From Synechococcus sp. (GTDB lineage: Bacteria > Cyanobacteriota > Cyanobacteriia > PCC-6307 > Cyanobiaceae): a DNA stretch of 64,000 nucleotides. Shown here piece by piece: positions 54,872 through 64,000 of the stretch. The stretch covers positions 3,264-67,263 of the forward strand of contig JBMHDE010000026.1 of assembly GCA_049889555.1 (NCBI GenBank), given 5' to 3'. Within the stretch, counting starts at the first letter, position 1. Each line of letters begins with the position of its first letter. A program made the translations under genes and the position numbers. The notes beneath the pieces were generated by a model. It saw only the letters and a list, made by a program, of their open reading frames with translations, made no database searches and was not told the DNA's origin.

Positions 54872-55768
54872 ATGAGACACAAACGGCCCGCCGGGGGGCA
54901 ACCGCGAGCTTTGTCGTTGGCAATCGCCATTGTCGTTGGGCTTAGTTCTGGTCTGGTCCTCGCCATTCCCCTCAGCACACGACTGCTGCCAGAACACAAC
55001 GGCCCCCACTTCTTTGGTTTGCCCCTCAACAACCCTTTCACATCCTGGGCAGGACTCGGAGATCGGGAAGTTGTGGTGCTGGGCATGGATGCTGGTGGAG
55101 GCAACACCGACACGATCTTCACGGTTCGCGTCAAAGACGGCCAAACCCTAATCACGCAGATTCCGCGCGATAGCTACATCAACACGACCCGCTACGGGCC
55201 GATGAAAGTGAATGCCCTGTACGCCTACGGCGGCAGCGACGCAGTCAAACAAGAACTCAGTCGTCTGATGGGACGCCCGATCCATCACCACATGCTGGTG
55301 AACCTGGAGGGAATCCGTTCCATCAGTGATCTTGTGGGCGGGGTGCAGGTGACTGTGCCCAAACGGCTGTATTACGTCGACCGTTCCCAAGGGCTAACGA
55401 TCGATTTGCAACCCGGTCCCCAAGTCCTGAAAGGAGAAGAGTTGGAAGGATTCCTGCGCTGGCGCAATGATGCACGAGGAGATCTCGGACGACTGCAACG
55501 CCAGAAGCTGGTCATCAAAAGCTTGTTTGGGTCACTGACCAAACCGGAAAATGTGGCGCGCCTGCCAGCCCTCCTCACCACGGCAGGGCGCCATCTCCAA
55601 ACCGATCTCGGTCCCATGGAGCTTGGTGGTTTGATCACCGCCATGGGCACCACTGAACTGCAAACCCAACGGCTCAAAGCGATTCCGTTTGAACGCGATG
55701 GCATCAGCTATCTCGAGACCCAGTGGCCATCGTCCAACCGTGAAGAAACGGGAACAACACCACGCTGA
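54872..55768 (+). CDS. LCP (LytR-CpsA-Psr) family protein
   Basis: N-terminal TM anchor, then ..VVLGMDAGGGNTDTIFTVRV..QIPRDSY..KVNALYAYGG.. Confidence 0.8.
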   Translation: MRHKRPAGGQPRALSLAIAIVVGLSSGLVLAIPLSTRLLPEHNGPHFFGLPLNNPFTSWAGLGDREVVVLGMDAGGGNTDTIFTVRVKDGQTLITQIPRDSYINTTRYGPMKVNALYAYGGSDAVKQELSRLMGRPIHHHMLVNLEGIRSISDLVGGVQVTVPKRLYYVDRSQGLTIDLQPGPQVLKGEELEGFLRWRNDARGDLGRLQRQKLVIKSLFGSLTKPENVARLPALLTTAGRHLQTDLGPMELGGLITAMGTTELQTQRLKAIPFERDGISYLETQWPSSNREETGTTPR

Positions 55769-55803
55769 GGACGTCGACCACAACCATCAGAACAAAACAG
55801 CCG

Positions 55804-56361
55804 TCAGATCAAGAGGGTGAATGACTCCACCACCTGTGAAAACAGCCCCTTGACTTTCGGCCAACGACTCTCATTCGTGCTCGTAGCCAGGGTGTAGAGA
55901 CGACCGCGATCTACCACCACAGTGGCCAGTTCATGGCGATCCCGATCCTGAAGATGAACGGCAAACTCGAGGTCATAGAAGGTGTGACCGGATGCCTCTC
56001 GCTCCTTCGCTTCCACCAGCTCAGCATCCCGACCACTTCCAGCCGGTGCAATCACGTCACGACGTAGACGTTCACCCACGGCAACCGCACTGCCCAACTG
56101 CTGAAGCTCATCGTCGGTATCCACATCCGACACCACCAAGCTGACGGTCTCATCGCTATGAATGAGGTCGTGGAAGACCACTTGAGGGCCACCACTCACG
56201 GCGACACGGCTCCAGCCTGTGGGGTAGAGAAAGGCATAACGCCCGTCAGGGCTTTGAAATGAGTTCAAGCCAGCGCCTGCTCCGCTACAGGCTGTGAGCA
56301 TCAGAACGCAAACCAGCGACATCACAAGCCGCAGCGGAGAGTGCAACAACGAACGCATCAA
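55804..56361 (-). CDS. psbP: PsbP-family protein (CyanoP), lipoprotein
   Basis: 185 aa. Lipobox VLMLTAC. ..YAFLYPTGWSRV.. and the C-terminal ..LYTLATSTNESRWPKVKGLF..V.SF are typical of the PsbP fold. Confidence 0.85.
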   Translation of the reverse strand: MMRSLLHSPLRLVMSLVCVLMLTACSGAGAGLNSFQSPDGRYAFLYPTGWSRVAVSGGPQVVFHDLIHSDETVSLVVSDVDTDDELQQLGSAVAVGERLRRDVIAPAGSGRDAELVEAKEREASGHTFYDLEFAVHLQDRDRHELATVVVDRGRLYTLATSTNESRWPKVKGLFSQVVESFTLLI

Positions 56362-56431
56362 CTCAAAACCTGACCTCGGGCCATTCTGCCCTGGATGACC
56401 TGCCTAGATTTCAATCACTTGCAGCAGACTT

Positions 56432-57031
56432 CTGAGCGGCTTCACCCGACCGCTTGCCCGGCTGATCGATCAATTCGAACGCCTGCCGGGCATTGGCCCC
56501 CGCACAGCCCAAAGGCTGGCCCTCCATCTGCTGCGACAACCTGAACAAGAGATCCAAAACTTCGCGGAAGCCCTCATCGCCGCTCGCAACCAGGTGGGTC
56601 AGTGCCAAACCTGCTTTCACCTCAGCGCCGAACCCAGCTGTGAGATCTGTCGCAACCCTGAACGGAGCACTGGAATGCTCTGTGTTGTAGCCGACTCCCG
56701 CGATCTGCTGGCGCTCGAACGCACCCGCGAATACAGCGGTCGGTATCACGTGCTTGGCGGATTGATCTCCCCAATGGATGGCATCGGCCCCGACATGCTT
56801 CAGATCACGAGCTTGGTCAAACGGGTCGAGCATGAAGGGGTGCAGGAGGTGATCCTGGCCCTCACACCCAGCGTGGAAGGAGACACCACCAGCCTTTATC
56901 TCGCCCGCCTGCTCAAACCATTCACAATGGTGAGCCGCATTGCCTACGGCTTGCCTGTGGGCAGCGAGCTGGAGTACGCCGACGAGGTCACCCTCACCCG
57001 CGCCCTCGAAGGCCGACGCGCTGTTGAATGA
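56432..57031 (+). CDS. recR: recombination protein RecR (start codon non-canonical, 5' coordinate approximate)
   Basis: The ORF track starts at GTG 56594. The same frame is open back to TAG 56405 and encodes the conserved RecR N-terminus [31 protein letters not shown]. Downstream lie the C4 zinc finger [12 protein letters not shown] and the Toprim domain. Confidence 0.85.
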   Translation: MSGFTRPLARLIDQFERLPGIGPRTAQRLALHLLRQPEQEIQNFAEALIAARNQVGQCQTCFHLSAEPSCEICRNPERSTGMLCVVADSRDLLALERTREYSGRYHVLGGLISPMDGIGPDMLQITSLVKRVEHEGVQEVILALTPSVEGDTTSLYLARLLKPFTMVSRIAYGLPVGSELEYADEVTLTRALEGRRAVE

Positions 57032-57050
57032 CCTCCAGGTCTGGTCCGTG

Positions 57051-57962
57051 ATGAGCAAGTCCAACCGCTACACCCACATCCGTCCCCATCAACGCCTGCC
57101 GGAGTGGTTACGTCGCCCTGTCGGCACAGTTTCCCAATTGGAGACCGTGCAGGGTTTGGTCAAAAACGGTGGCCTTCACACGATCTGTGAAGAGGGACGT
57201 TGTCCCAATCGTGCAGAGTGCTATGCCGCAGGCACTGCCACCTTTCTCTTAGGGGGATCGATCTGCACCCGCAGTTGTGCCTTCTGCCAGGTGGAGAAAG
57301 GCCAATCACCAATGGCCGTCGACCCCAAGGAAGCCGAGCGCGTCGCCGATGCAGTGCAGCACATGGGACTGCGCTATGTGGTGCTCACCGCCGTGGCCCG
57401 CGATGACCTCGTGGACCATGGCGCCGGTTTGTTCACCGCAGCCATGGCGGCGATCCGAGCGCGCAATCCCCTGGTGGCGATTGAAGTGCTCACCCCCGAT
57501 TTCTGGGGCGGTCATCCCAATCTTGAAGCTGGCCTGCACGCTCAGCGCACCCGCCTGCAGACGGTGCTGAAGGCCCAACCGGTCTGCTTTAACCACAACC
57601 TAGAAACCGTTCAACGCCTCCAGGGGGAAGTTCGTCGAGGCGCGACGTATCAACGGTCCCTTGGGCTGCTAGCGACGGCCCGTGACCTTGCACCAACCAT
57701 TCCCACCAAAAGTGGGCTGATGTTGGGACTGGGGGAAACGGAGGACGAAGTGGTGGAGGCGATGGAGGATTTACGCGTCGCCGGTTGTGAACGGCTGACG
57801 CTCGGTCAATATCTGCGACCATCACTGGCCCATATCCCAGTGCAGCGCTATTGGCATCCCAATGACTTTGACCGGCTCGGAGAGGTCGCCAAGGAGCTGG
57901 GCTTCAGTCATGTGCGCAGCGGTCCCCTCGTGCGCAGCAGCTATCACGCCGACGTGCCTTGA
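57051..57962 (+). CDS. lipA: lipoyl synthase
   Basis: ..[17 protein letters not shown].. and the radical [13 protein letters not shown]. Start placed at ATG 57051. Confidence 0.9.
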   Translation: MSKSNRYTHIRPHQRLPEWLRRPVGTVSQLETVQGLVKNGGLHTICEEGRCPNRAECYAAGTATFLLGGSICTRSCAFCQVEKGQSPMAVDPKEAERVADAVQHMGLRYVVLTAVARDDLVDHGAGLFTAAMAAIRARNPLVAIEVLTPDFWGGHPNLEAGLHAQRTRLQTVLKAQPVCFNHNLETVQRLQGEVRRGATYQRSLGLLATARDLAPTIPTKSGLMLGLGETEDEVVEAMEDLRVAGCERLTLGQYLRPSLAHIPVQRYWHPNDFDRLGEVAKELGFSHVRSGPLVRSSYHADVP

Positions 57963-58507
57963 TCTGGCGATGCACAGGAGCGCTGCCACCGTTGAACAAC
58001 AGTCGCAAACACAGCATCACAATCTCCCACCATCAGCTGCCCTGCTCCACCCCAGATCAGACGCAAGGGAAGATCGGCAGGCGCGCCACCGAGCACACGG
58101 GTGCAGCTGAATCCCAATCCTTTGAAATAGCGCACCAAACGGCGATGCTGACGAGGGTCGTCGTTGATGGCGAGGAGCCGGGCCTGGCGACATGGGGTTT
58201 CCTCCAAGGCCCAGGCCAGGGTGGCCGCCCACACCAACGCACCCACACCTGCTGGGGCTTGGGGCACCACCCGCATGGTGTCCAGTTGGAGGCTCTTCAT
58301 CCCACCATGGGCCCAGCCCTTCATCTCGCCCAACAGATGGGCTCGGCCATCACCGAGGGATTGAGCGACCACCAAGCGATACGTCCACAGGCCAAGAGGA
58401 CGACTGACCTGCAGGCGCAACAACAAGCCACGCTGCCGCGCCTGGCGTTCCAGTTGCTCAAGGTTGAATCGCGCCACTGACAAGACGGGGGGGATAGGGG
58501 CGCACAT
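57944..58507 (-). CDS. hypothetical protein, possibly GNAT-type acetyltransferase
   Basis: 187 aa. ..[28 protein letters not shown].. and ..[11 protein letters not shown] loosely resemble GNAT motifs A/B. Last gene of a long minus-strand string. Confidence 0.45.
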   Translation of the reverse strand: MCAPIPPVLSVARFNLEQLERQARQRGLLLRLQVSRPLGLWTYRLVVAQSLGDGRAHLLGEMKGWAHGGMKSLQLDTMRVVPQAPAGVGALVWAATLAWALEETPCRQARLLAINDDPRQHRRLVRYFKGLGFSCTRVLGGAPADLPLRLIWGGAGQLMVGDCDAVFATVVQRWQRSCASPDQGTSA

Positions 58508-59474
58508 CGGTCACAGCCTGCACCGGCAAAGGTCCAAAGAGATGGGGAAAGGTCTCGCCGCTGGCCACAGGGTCAGCGCGCAACGGCACGGCAATCTGCG
58601 CGGGATCAATCGTGAGCTGCAACACGTCGTCGGCATCGCTGTAAAAACGGGAGTAGGTGGCAGCCAGTTGCTCAGCGCGGGAGGCGTGGATGAAACCCAC
58701 TTGCGCCAAGCACAATCCACGGGTCGACACGTGGTAAGTCCCCGTCTCCAGCGCTTGATGCCAATCAGCAGCAAGGGCCAAATGAAACAAGGGGGCATCG
58801 AGCGGCACGGGGTGCGCCTGCGGTGGAAAGAGCACGGGGGCATCGTGCTGCTGCCAAGGATCACGCCGCGCCATGAGGTGATCAAACTCAGGGGAATCCA
58901 CAAACCGCTCCAACCAGAGGGCCAGGGGAGCAAGCTCGCAGCAGCGGTCGACCATCTCCGGATCAGCATTCCACCACTGCCGTACAAACGGCCACAACGC
59001 CGCATCCGCCAGGGTGCAGCGATTGCTGACTAACCAACCGCGCGACCTAAGCCGTTGTGCCCATTCCCGCAAAATCGCGAGGCCCTTCTGCTGGTGCTCA
59101 CTCCGAACGGCACCGGGATAACGGTCGGTGTATTTAAAACGATCGAGATGGCATTTAAATTCGCCGTCATTTTGTTGAATCAAGGTTTGGATCGTTTCCC
59201 GCTCCTGAGCGGTCAACAACAAACCGCGAAGATCACAGGGATCGGACTGATCCAAGGCCCAATCCATCACCGCCAGGCTTTCATCAATCACTTGGCCATC
59301 GGCGGTGATCAAAACTGGCACGGTCCCTTTTGGGGAGCTGGCAAGCATCGCTGCCGGTTTATGACGCAACGCCACTTCCCGCCATTCAACGAGGAGGCCA
59401 GCCTTCAGAAGAGCCCAACGGGCCCGCATGGCATAGGGGCAACGCCGAAAGGTATACAGAACTGGCAACGTCAT
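58458..59474 (-). CDS. fusion protein: GST-like N-terminal half plus C-terminal DUF952 domain
   Basis: N-terminus LYTFRRCPYAMRARWALLKAG..KGTVPVL..IDESLAVMDWAL (GST_N/Grx2-like). C-terminus LFHLALAADWHQALETGTYHVSTRG..VGFIHAS..ETFPHLFGPLP (DUF952 signature). Confidence 0.75.
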   Translation of the reverse strand: MTLPVLYTFRRCPYAMRARWALLKAGLLVEWREVALRHKPAAMLASSPKGTVPVLITADGQVIDESLAVMDWALDQSDPCDLRGLLLTAQERETIQTLIQQNDGEFKCHLDRFKYTDRYPGAVRSEHQQKGLAILREWAQRLRSRGWLVSNRCTLADAALWPFVRQWWNADPEMVDRCCELAPLALWLERFVDSPEFDHLMARRDPWQQHDAPVLFPPQAHPVPLDAPLFHLALAADWHQALETGTYHVSTRGLCLAQVGFIHASRAEQLAATYSRFYSDADDVLQLTIDPAQIAVPLRADPVASGETFPHLFGPLPVQAVTDVRPYPPRLVSGAIQP

Positions 59475-60418
59475 GAACGCGCTTCAGCAGCTTTCGCCTG
59501 ATCCAGCTGCCGCTGACGTTCAGCGAACCGCAGCCGGTCGGCGTCCGTAAATCGGTCCACGCAATGGAGACACTGCACACCTCGGATGTAACTCTCCAAA
59601 TGGCGTTGCTCAGGTGTCAACGGCAGACCACAGGCATGACACAAGCGATGGATCCCCTGCTCAAGACGGTGATTGAGGGCCACCCGCTGGTCGAACACAA
59701 AGCACTCTCCCGACCAACGGCTATCCGCTTCCGGCACCTCCTCCAAATACTTGAGAATGCCGCCGCGCAGGTGATGCACCTCCCCAAACCCCTGTTGCTG
59801 CAGATAGCTGCTTGCCTTCTCGCAGCGAATTCCTCCAGTGCAAAACATGGCAATGCGTTGGGGCGCGTCACGGTTAACCAAAGGGCGTAACTCGCGCTCC
59901 ACCCAGTCGGGGAATTCACGAAAACACGCGGTGCCAGGGTCGAGAGCGCCTGCAAAACTTCCAATCGCCACCTCATAGCGATTGCGTGTATCAATCACCA
60001 GCGTGTTGGGATCATCGATCAATGCATTCCACTGGTTGGGTTCGACATAGGTGCCAACGCTGCGGACTGGACTGACATCCGGACGACCCATGGTGACGAT
60101 CTCCCGTTTACGCCGTGCCTTAAACCGACGAAACGCCTGCTGCGCACACCAACTGCGCTTCACTTCAAGGCGAGAGAAGTGGGCATCCCCCAGGGTGAGC
60201 TGCTGCCGCAACAGATTGAGCACCGCATCAACGCCGACTGCTGGTCCGCTGATCGTGCCATTCACCCCTTCAAGCGCCACCAACACCGAACCACGCACAT
60301 GGCCGTCCTCGGCGAGGGCAGGCAGAACCTGCAGGATCTGCTCTCGCGTGGCCTCGGTGAGGGGTGTAAAGGCGTAGAACGCCGCCACCAGGAGATTGTT
60401 ATGCCCTGGGATGCTCAT
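59471..60418 (-). CDS. trhO: rhodanese-domain tRNA uridine(34) hydroxylase (UPF0176/YceA family)
   Basis: ..VAAFYAF.PL......L......[17 protein letters not shown].., rhodanese active-site loop [10 protein letters not shown], and a C-terminal Cys cluster. Confidence 0.85.
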   Translation of the reverse strand: MSIPGHNNLLVAAFYAFTPLTEATREQILQVLPALAEDGHVRGSVLVALEGVNGTISGPAVGVDAVLNLLRQQLTLGDAHFSRLEVKRSWCAQQAFRRFKARRKREIVTMGRPDVSPVRSVGTYVEPNQWNALIDDPNTLVIDTRNRYEVAIGSFAGALDPGTACFREFPDWVERELRPLVNRDAPQRIAMFCTGGIRCEKASSYLQQQGFGEVHHLRGGILKYLEEVPEADSRWSGECFVFDQRVALNHRLEQGIHRLCHACGLPLTPEQRHLESYIRGVQCLHCVDRFTDADRLRFAERQRQLDQAKAAEARS

Positions 60419-61395
60419 GCCGCGGGGTGGTCCTGCCAGCTGGCCTGCACACCGGCAGCGGCTAACAAAGCACGATCAGCCTCCACATCTGGATTGCCCG
60501 TCGTGAGGAGAGTCTCGCCATAGAAGATCGAATCAGCACCAGCTTGAAGACACAGAATTTGGGCTTCCTGGCTGAGGGTCTCGCGACCTGCACTCAATCG
60601 AACGCGACTGTGAGGCATCAGGATTCGCGCTGTTGCCACCATCCGGACCAAGGCCAGGGGATCCACCGGTGCTTGGTCTTCCAGGGGCGTGCCCTCCACC
60701 GCCACGAGCGCATTAATCGGCACACTTTCCGGATGGGGCGTCATCGTGGCCAACACCTGCAGCATTGACGCCCGATCACGCTGGGATTCCCCCATGCCGA
60801 TGATGCCGCCACAACAGAGGGTGACACCAGCCTTTCGCACCCGCTGCAAGGTCTCCAGACGTTCCTGATACGAGCGGGTGGTAATGATCCGTTCGTAATG
60901 TTCAGGGCTGGTATCGAGGTTGTGGTTGTAAGCCGTGAGGCCAGCATCCGCGAGACGCAGCGCCTGGTCGTCGGTGAGCATGCCGGCGGTGACACAGGCT
61001 TCAAGGCCAAGTTCTCGGACCCCACGCACCATCGAGAGCATGGCTTCAAACGGAGCGCCATCACGGATCTCTCGCCACGCCCAGCCCATGCAAAAACGAT
61101 CAGCACCGGCGTCCTTGGCCGCACGGGCGCGAGCCAATACCGGCTCCACATCCAATTGGGGCTGGCCGGTGACATCACTGCTGTGATGCATCGACTGGGG
61201 GCAGTAAGCGCAATCCTCTTCGCAGCCTCCAGTTTTGACACTCAAAAGCGAGGCCAATTGCACGCGATAGCCAGGATTGGCGGCTCGATGCACCTGCTGC
61301 GCACGCCAAAGCAGGTCCATCAGTGGGGCATCAAGGATCGCCTGGATCTCCTCAAGGCTCCAGTCATGGCGCAAGGCAACCGAGTCCGTCATCAA
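60415..61395 (-). CDS. bioB: biotin synthase
   Basis: ..[19 protein letters not shown].. (radical SAM CxxxCxxC), ..[10 protein letters not shown]... Confidence 0.9.
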   Translation of the reverse strand: MMTDSVALRHDWSLEEIQAILDAPLMDLLWRAQQVHRAANPGYRVQLASLLSVKTGGCEEDCAYCPQSMHHSSDVTGQPQLDVEPVLARARAAKDAGADRFCMGWAWREIRDGAPFEAMLSMVRGVRELGLEACVTAGMLTDDQALRLADAGLTAYNHNLDTSPEHYERIITTRSYQERLETLQRVRKAGVTLCCGGIIGMGESQRDRASMLQVLATMTPHPESVPINALVAVEGTPLEDQAPVDPLALVRMVATARILMPHSRVRLSAGRETLSQEAQILCLQAGADSIFYGETLLTTGNPDVEADRALLAAAGVQASWQDHPAA

Positions 61396-61412
61396 GGCTG
61401 TTCCGCTGTTGT

Positions 61413-62234
61413 TCAGGATCCCAGAACACCGGCCCGCAGACCATCAAGCCCCCCAAACCGACGACATCTCCCCTGATAGTCCAACAGAGCATTGAAGAGA
61501 GCATCACGGTTGAAGTCAGGCCAGCACACATCGGTGACGTGAATTTCGGCATAGGCCAGCTGCCAGAGCAAAAAATTACTGATGCGGCGTTCGCCACTGG
61601 TACGAATCAATAAATCGGGATCCTGTTCACCGGCAGTGAAGAGTTCTGCGGCGAAGGTGCTCTCATCAATGCAGGCAGGATCCAGCTCGCCACAGGCCGC
61701 ACGAACTGCCAGGGCCTGGGCCGCTAGCACCAGCTCTCGGCGACCGCCGTAGTTCGTGCAAACGTTGAACCGAATCCCGGTGTTGCTCATCGTGCGAGCA
61801 GTGGCATCGGCGATCAAGGCCTGCAATGTTTGGGGAAGGGGTTCAAGATCACCCAAGAAGCGAATGCGAACCTGATCGGCCTCAAGAGCCTTCAACTCCC
61901 GCCGCAGCACCGTTTCAAACAGGGTCATTAAAAAATTGACTTCCTCACCCGGACGCGACCAGTTCTCCGTGGAAAAGGCAAAGGCCGTCAGCGTCTTGAT
62001 CCCCCAGTCATGACACAGTCGCAACGTGGATTTCAGAGATTCCACCCCAGCCCGATGGCCCATCACCCTCGGCAAACCACGGGCTTGGGCCCAGCGACCA
62101 TTGCCGTCCATGATCACGGCGATGTGGGCCGGCAAACGTGAAGGATCAAGATCTGCAGGGCAGAGCTTGTCGCGCTGATCGTTGGAAGTCGCAGCCAAAC
62201 GAGGGTTCACGAAACGGTGTCCTGATTGGCGCAT
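61413..62234 (-). CDS. uppS: isoprenyl transferase (undecaprenyl diphosphate synthase)
   Basis: [13 protein letters not shown], ..[11 protein letters not shown], ..RTSGE.R.SNFLLWQ.AY.E. Confidence 0.9.
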   Translation of the reverse strand: MRQSGHRFVNPRLAATSNDQRDKLCPADLDPSRLPAHIAVIMDGNGRWAQARGLPRVMGHRAGVESLKSTLRLCHDWGIKTLTAFAFSTENWSRPGEEVNFLMTLFETVLRRELKALEADQVRIRFLGDLEPLPQTLQALIADATARTMSNTGIRFNVCTNYGGRRELVLAAQALAVRAACGELDPACIDESTFAAELFTAGEQDPDLLIRTSGERRISNFLLWQLAYAEIHVTDVCWPDFNRDALFNALLDYQGRCRRFGGLDGLRAGVLGS

Positions 62235-63058
62235 GCCAAGTTACGCCCGGCGCCCACAGACGTTGAAGCAGAAGGCACAGATGCCGATGATGTCACCCCC
62301 ATCAGGTCGGTCAGCAGATCCTGAAGACGGCTACTGGTGATCGGGCGTTCCAGCCGGCCGTGATTGGCCAACGACAGGGTGCCTGTCTCTTCCGAGACAA
62401 CAACACAGATGCAGCGATCGAAACGCTCAGTAATCCCAAGGGCTGCCAAATGACGGGTGCCATAACGACTGTGACCTTGGCGCGACAGAGGAAGAATCAC
62501 ACCGGCAGCGACGATGCGATTTCCTTTCACAACCACCGCGCCGTCGTGCAATGGCGTGTCGGACGCGAAAAGGTTGAGGATTAATTCACTGCTGAGCTGG
62601 GCATCAATGGTGACGCCGGAATTCAAAAAATCTTCCGGCCGTAGATCGCTACCGAGGTCCACCACGATCAGTGCACCACGGCGACTCTGCGACAGACGTC
62701 CCGCCGCTTCAGTGAGCTGGGCGACGGTGCCGGCCTTCACACGAAGCTTGCTGGCTGGATTGGTCAGGAGAACATCAAACCGCCAAGTGCCCAACAATTC
62801 CATCAGCCGACGCAACTCTCCCTGCCACAGGATGGCCAAGGACAGCGAACACGCCATCACAAGGGCCTCGATTAATGCTGCCGTAAGCGGCAGCTTCTCG
62901 AAATGGTTGAACAACCAGGCCAGAGCCACCAGCAGCACGTAGCCGCGCAACAACCACAGTGAGCGCTGCTCACTGATGCGCGAAAACAGGAGGAAGCCAA
63001 TGGCAGAGGCAAAAAGGATATCCAGGAGGCGTGCGTCAAACCACCCCAGCCAATTCAC
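62207..63058 (-). CDS. cdaA: diadenylate cyclase (membrane-anchored CdaA type)
   Basis: Three N-terminal TM helices followed by a DAC domain (..GALIV.., [35 protein letters not shown]). GTG start. Confidence 0.85.
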   Translation of the reverse strand: MNWLGWFDARLLDILFASAIGFLLFSRISEQRSLWLLRGYVLLVALAWLFNHFEKLPLTAALIEALVMACSLSLAILWQGELRRLMELLGTWRFDVLLTNPASKLRVKAGTVAQLTEAAGRLSQSRRGALIVVDLGSDLRPEDFLNSGVTIDAQLSSELILNLFASDTPLHDGAVVVKGNRIVAAGVILPLSRQGHSRYGTRHLAALGITERFDRCICVVVSEETGTLSLANHGRLERPITSSRLQDLLTDLMGVTSSASVPSASTSVGAGRNLACANQDTVS

Positions 63059-63061
63059 TCC

Positions 63062-64000
63062 TTAGCTCCAATAATGCCCACATCTTACCGGCACTCCTGG
63101 GAGAAGGCGCGTGGGAAGGGTGTCGTAACGCAGCAGATCTTCGGCGGATTCACGCCGTTGGATCACGTCTGCCATGCCGTCGTGCACGAGCAACGCTGCT
63201 GGACGGGGAATGCGGTTGTAGTTCGAACTCATGGACGCGTTGTAGGCACCCGTAGCCAGCACCACCAACACATCACCACTGACGCTGGGCGGCAGCGCGA
63301 GATCTTTCAGCAGCACATCCCCTGATTCACAGTGCTTGCCTGCCAGAGTGATGGATTCCGTTGGTTGCGCACGGGGACGGTCGACCAAACAGGCGGTGTA
63401 GAGCGATTGATAGGTGATTGGCCTTGGGTTATCGCTCATTCCTCCATTCACCGATAGGTAGGTGCGCACCCCTGGAACCTCTTTGCGGGCCCCCAGCGAA
63501 TACAGCGTGACGCCAGAGCTTGCCACCAAGGAGCGTCCTGGTTCGCAAAGCAAGCGAGGCAGGTCAAGGCTGCGCTCCCGGCAAGCCGCCACAACGGCTT
63601 CGGCAACCACTTGCACCCAAGTCTCAATCGACGGCGGATCATCCGACTCCACATAACGAATCCCGAGGCCTCCACCCACATTCAGATCGCCAACTGGATG
63701 CCCCAGATCACGCGCCAGCTTGAGCGCATCGGCCATCACCGCCGCCAGATCACGATGGGGAGTGAGCTCAAAAATCTGCGAACCGATGTGGGCATGCAAT
63801 CCGGTGACGCGAGCCCAGTCACACGTTGCGAGCTGGCGCAGCACGGGCTCGAGTTGATCGGGATCAAAACCAAACTTGCTATCGAGATGGCCAGTGCGGA
63901 TGTAGTCGTGCGTGTGGCATTCAATCCCTGGCGTAAAGCGCAGCATTAAGCGAGCAGGACGCTCACCCGCTGGCACCAACACTGCTAAACGATCGAGATC
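63062..64000 (-). CDS. lysA: diaminopimelate decarboxylase (5' end lies beyond the window)
   Basis: ..THDYIRTGHLDSKFG.., ..LNVGGGLGI.Y.., ..EPGRSLV.., ..GKHCESGDVL.., ..TGAY..SM.SNYN. The frame stays open to base 64000. Confidence 0.9.
   Translation of the reverse strand, partial: DLDRLAVLVPAGERPARLMLRFTPGIECHTHDYIRTGHLDSKFGFDPDQLEPVLRQLATCDWARVTGLHAHIGSQIFELTPHRDLAAVMADALKLARDLGHPVGDLNVGGGLGIRYVESDDPPSIETWVQVVAEAVVAACRERSLDLPRLLCEPGRSLVASSGVTLYSLGARKEVPGVRTYLSVNGGMSDNPRPITYQSLYTACLVDRPRAQPTESITLAGKHCESGDVLLKDLALPPSVSGDVLVVLATGAYNASMSSNYNRIPRPAALLVHDGMADVIQRRESAEDLLRYDTLPTRLLPGVPVRCGHYWS

Noticed and set aside
56411-57064. 217-aa minus-strand ORF covering recR
   Set aside because: It is antisense to recR, whose zinc finger and Toprim motifs are unambiguous. 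No motif is present in the antisense product.

Overview
This 64 kb segment is high-GC chromosomal DNA and looks like a marine picocyanobacterium of the Synechococcus type. Supporting evidence is psbY, a CyanoP-type psbP, ycf54, crtH, an RRM-type rbp gene, the lysA-cdaA-uppS cluster, and several HIP1 octamers (GCGATCGC, e.g. at 20911, 31056 and 49509). I can support about 65 protein-coding genes and two tRNAs, tRNA-Pro(UGG) and tRNA-Lys(UUU). Gene packing is very tight, with many 4-nt start/stop overlaps. Most of the content is housekeeping:
- a general amino-acid ABC importer
- metA and metY
- an SbcD/SbcC-like pair, recC-recB-recD, recR and alkB
- trmFO, pdxJ, lipA and bioB
- a CGFS glutaredoxin plus a BolA-like protein
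- a DEAD-box helicase, an ABC exporter, a CPA2 antiporter fused to Usp domains, and an LCP-family protein

Two stretches differ in composition and look accessory. The first is the left edge (1 to about 2700, roughly 37-45% GC), which carries a signal-peptide ankyrin-repeat protein. The second is a small islet (about 25400-28340) bracketed by the two tRNA genes. It holds a domain-less membrane protein, a soluble PAS histidine kinase and a CheY-like regulator.

I found no CRISPR array, integrase, transposase, reverse transcriptase or recognisable defence operon, and no clear-cut new multi-gene system. The best leads for follow-up are modest:
- a hydrophobic G-x-x-x-hydrophobic pentad-repeat, His-rich, Cys-motif protein that converges on a Fur-family regulator
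- the tRNA-bounded two-component islet
- the secreted ankyrin protein in island DNA
- recR, which appears to need a non-canonical start codon
- an OmpR-type regulator without a phospho-acceptor Asp
- a possible anomeric sugar kinase / CBM9-DOMON-like / lytic transglycosylase module

All functional calls rest on motif recognition by eye, since no database search was possible.
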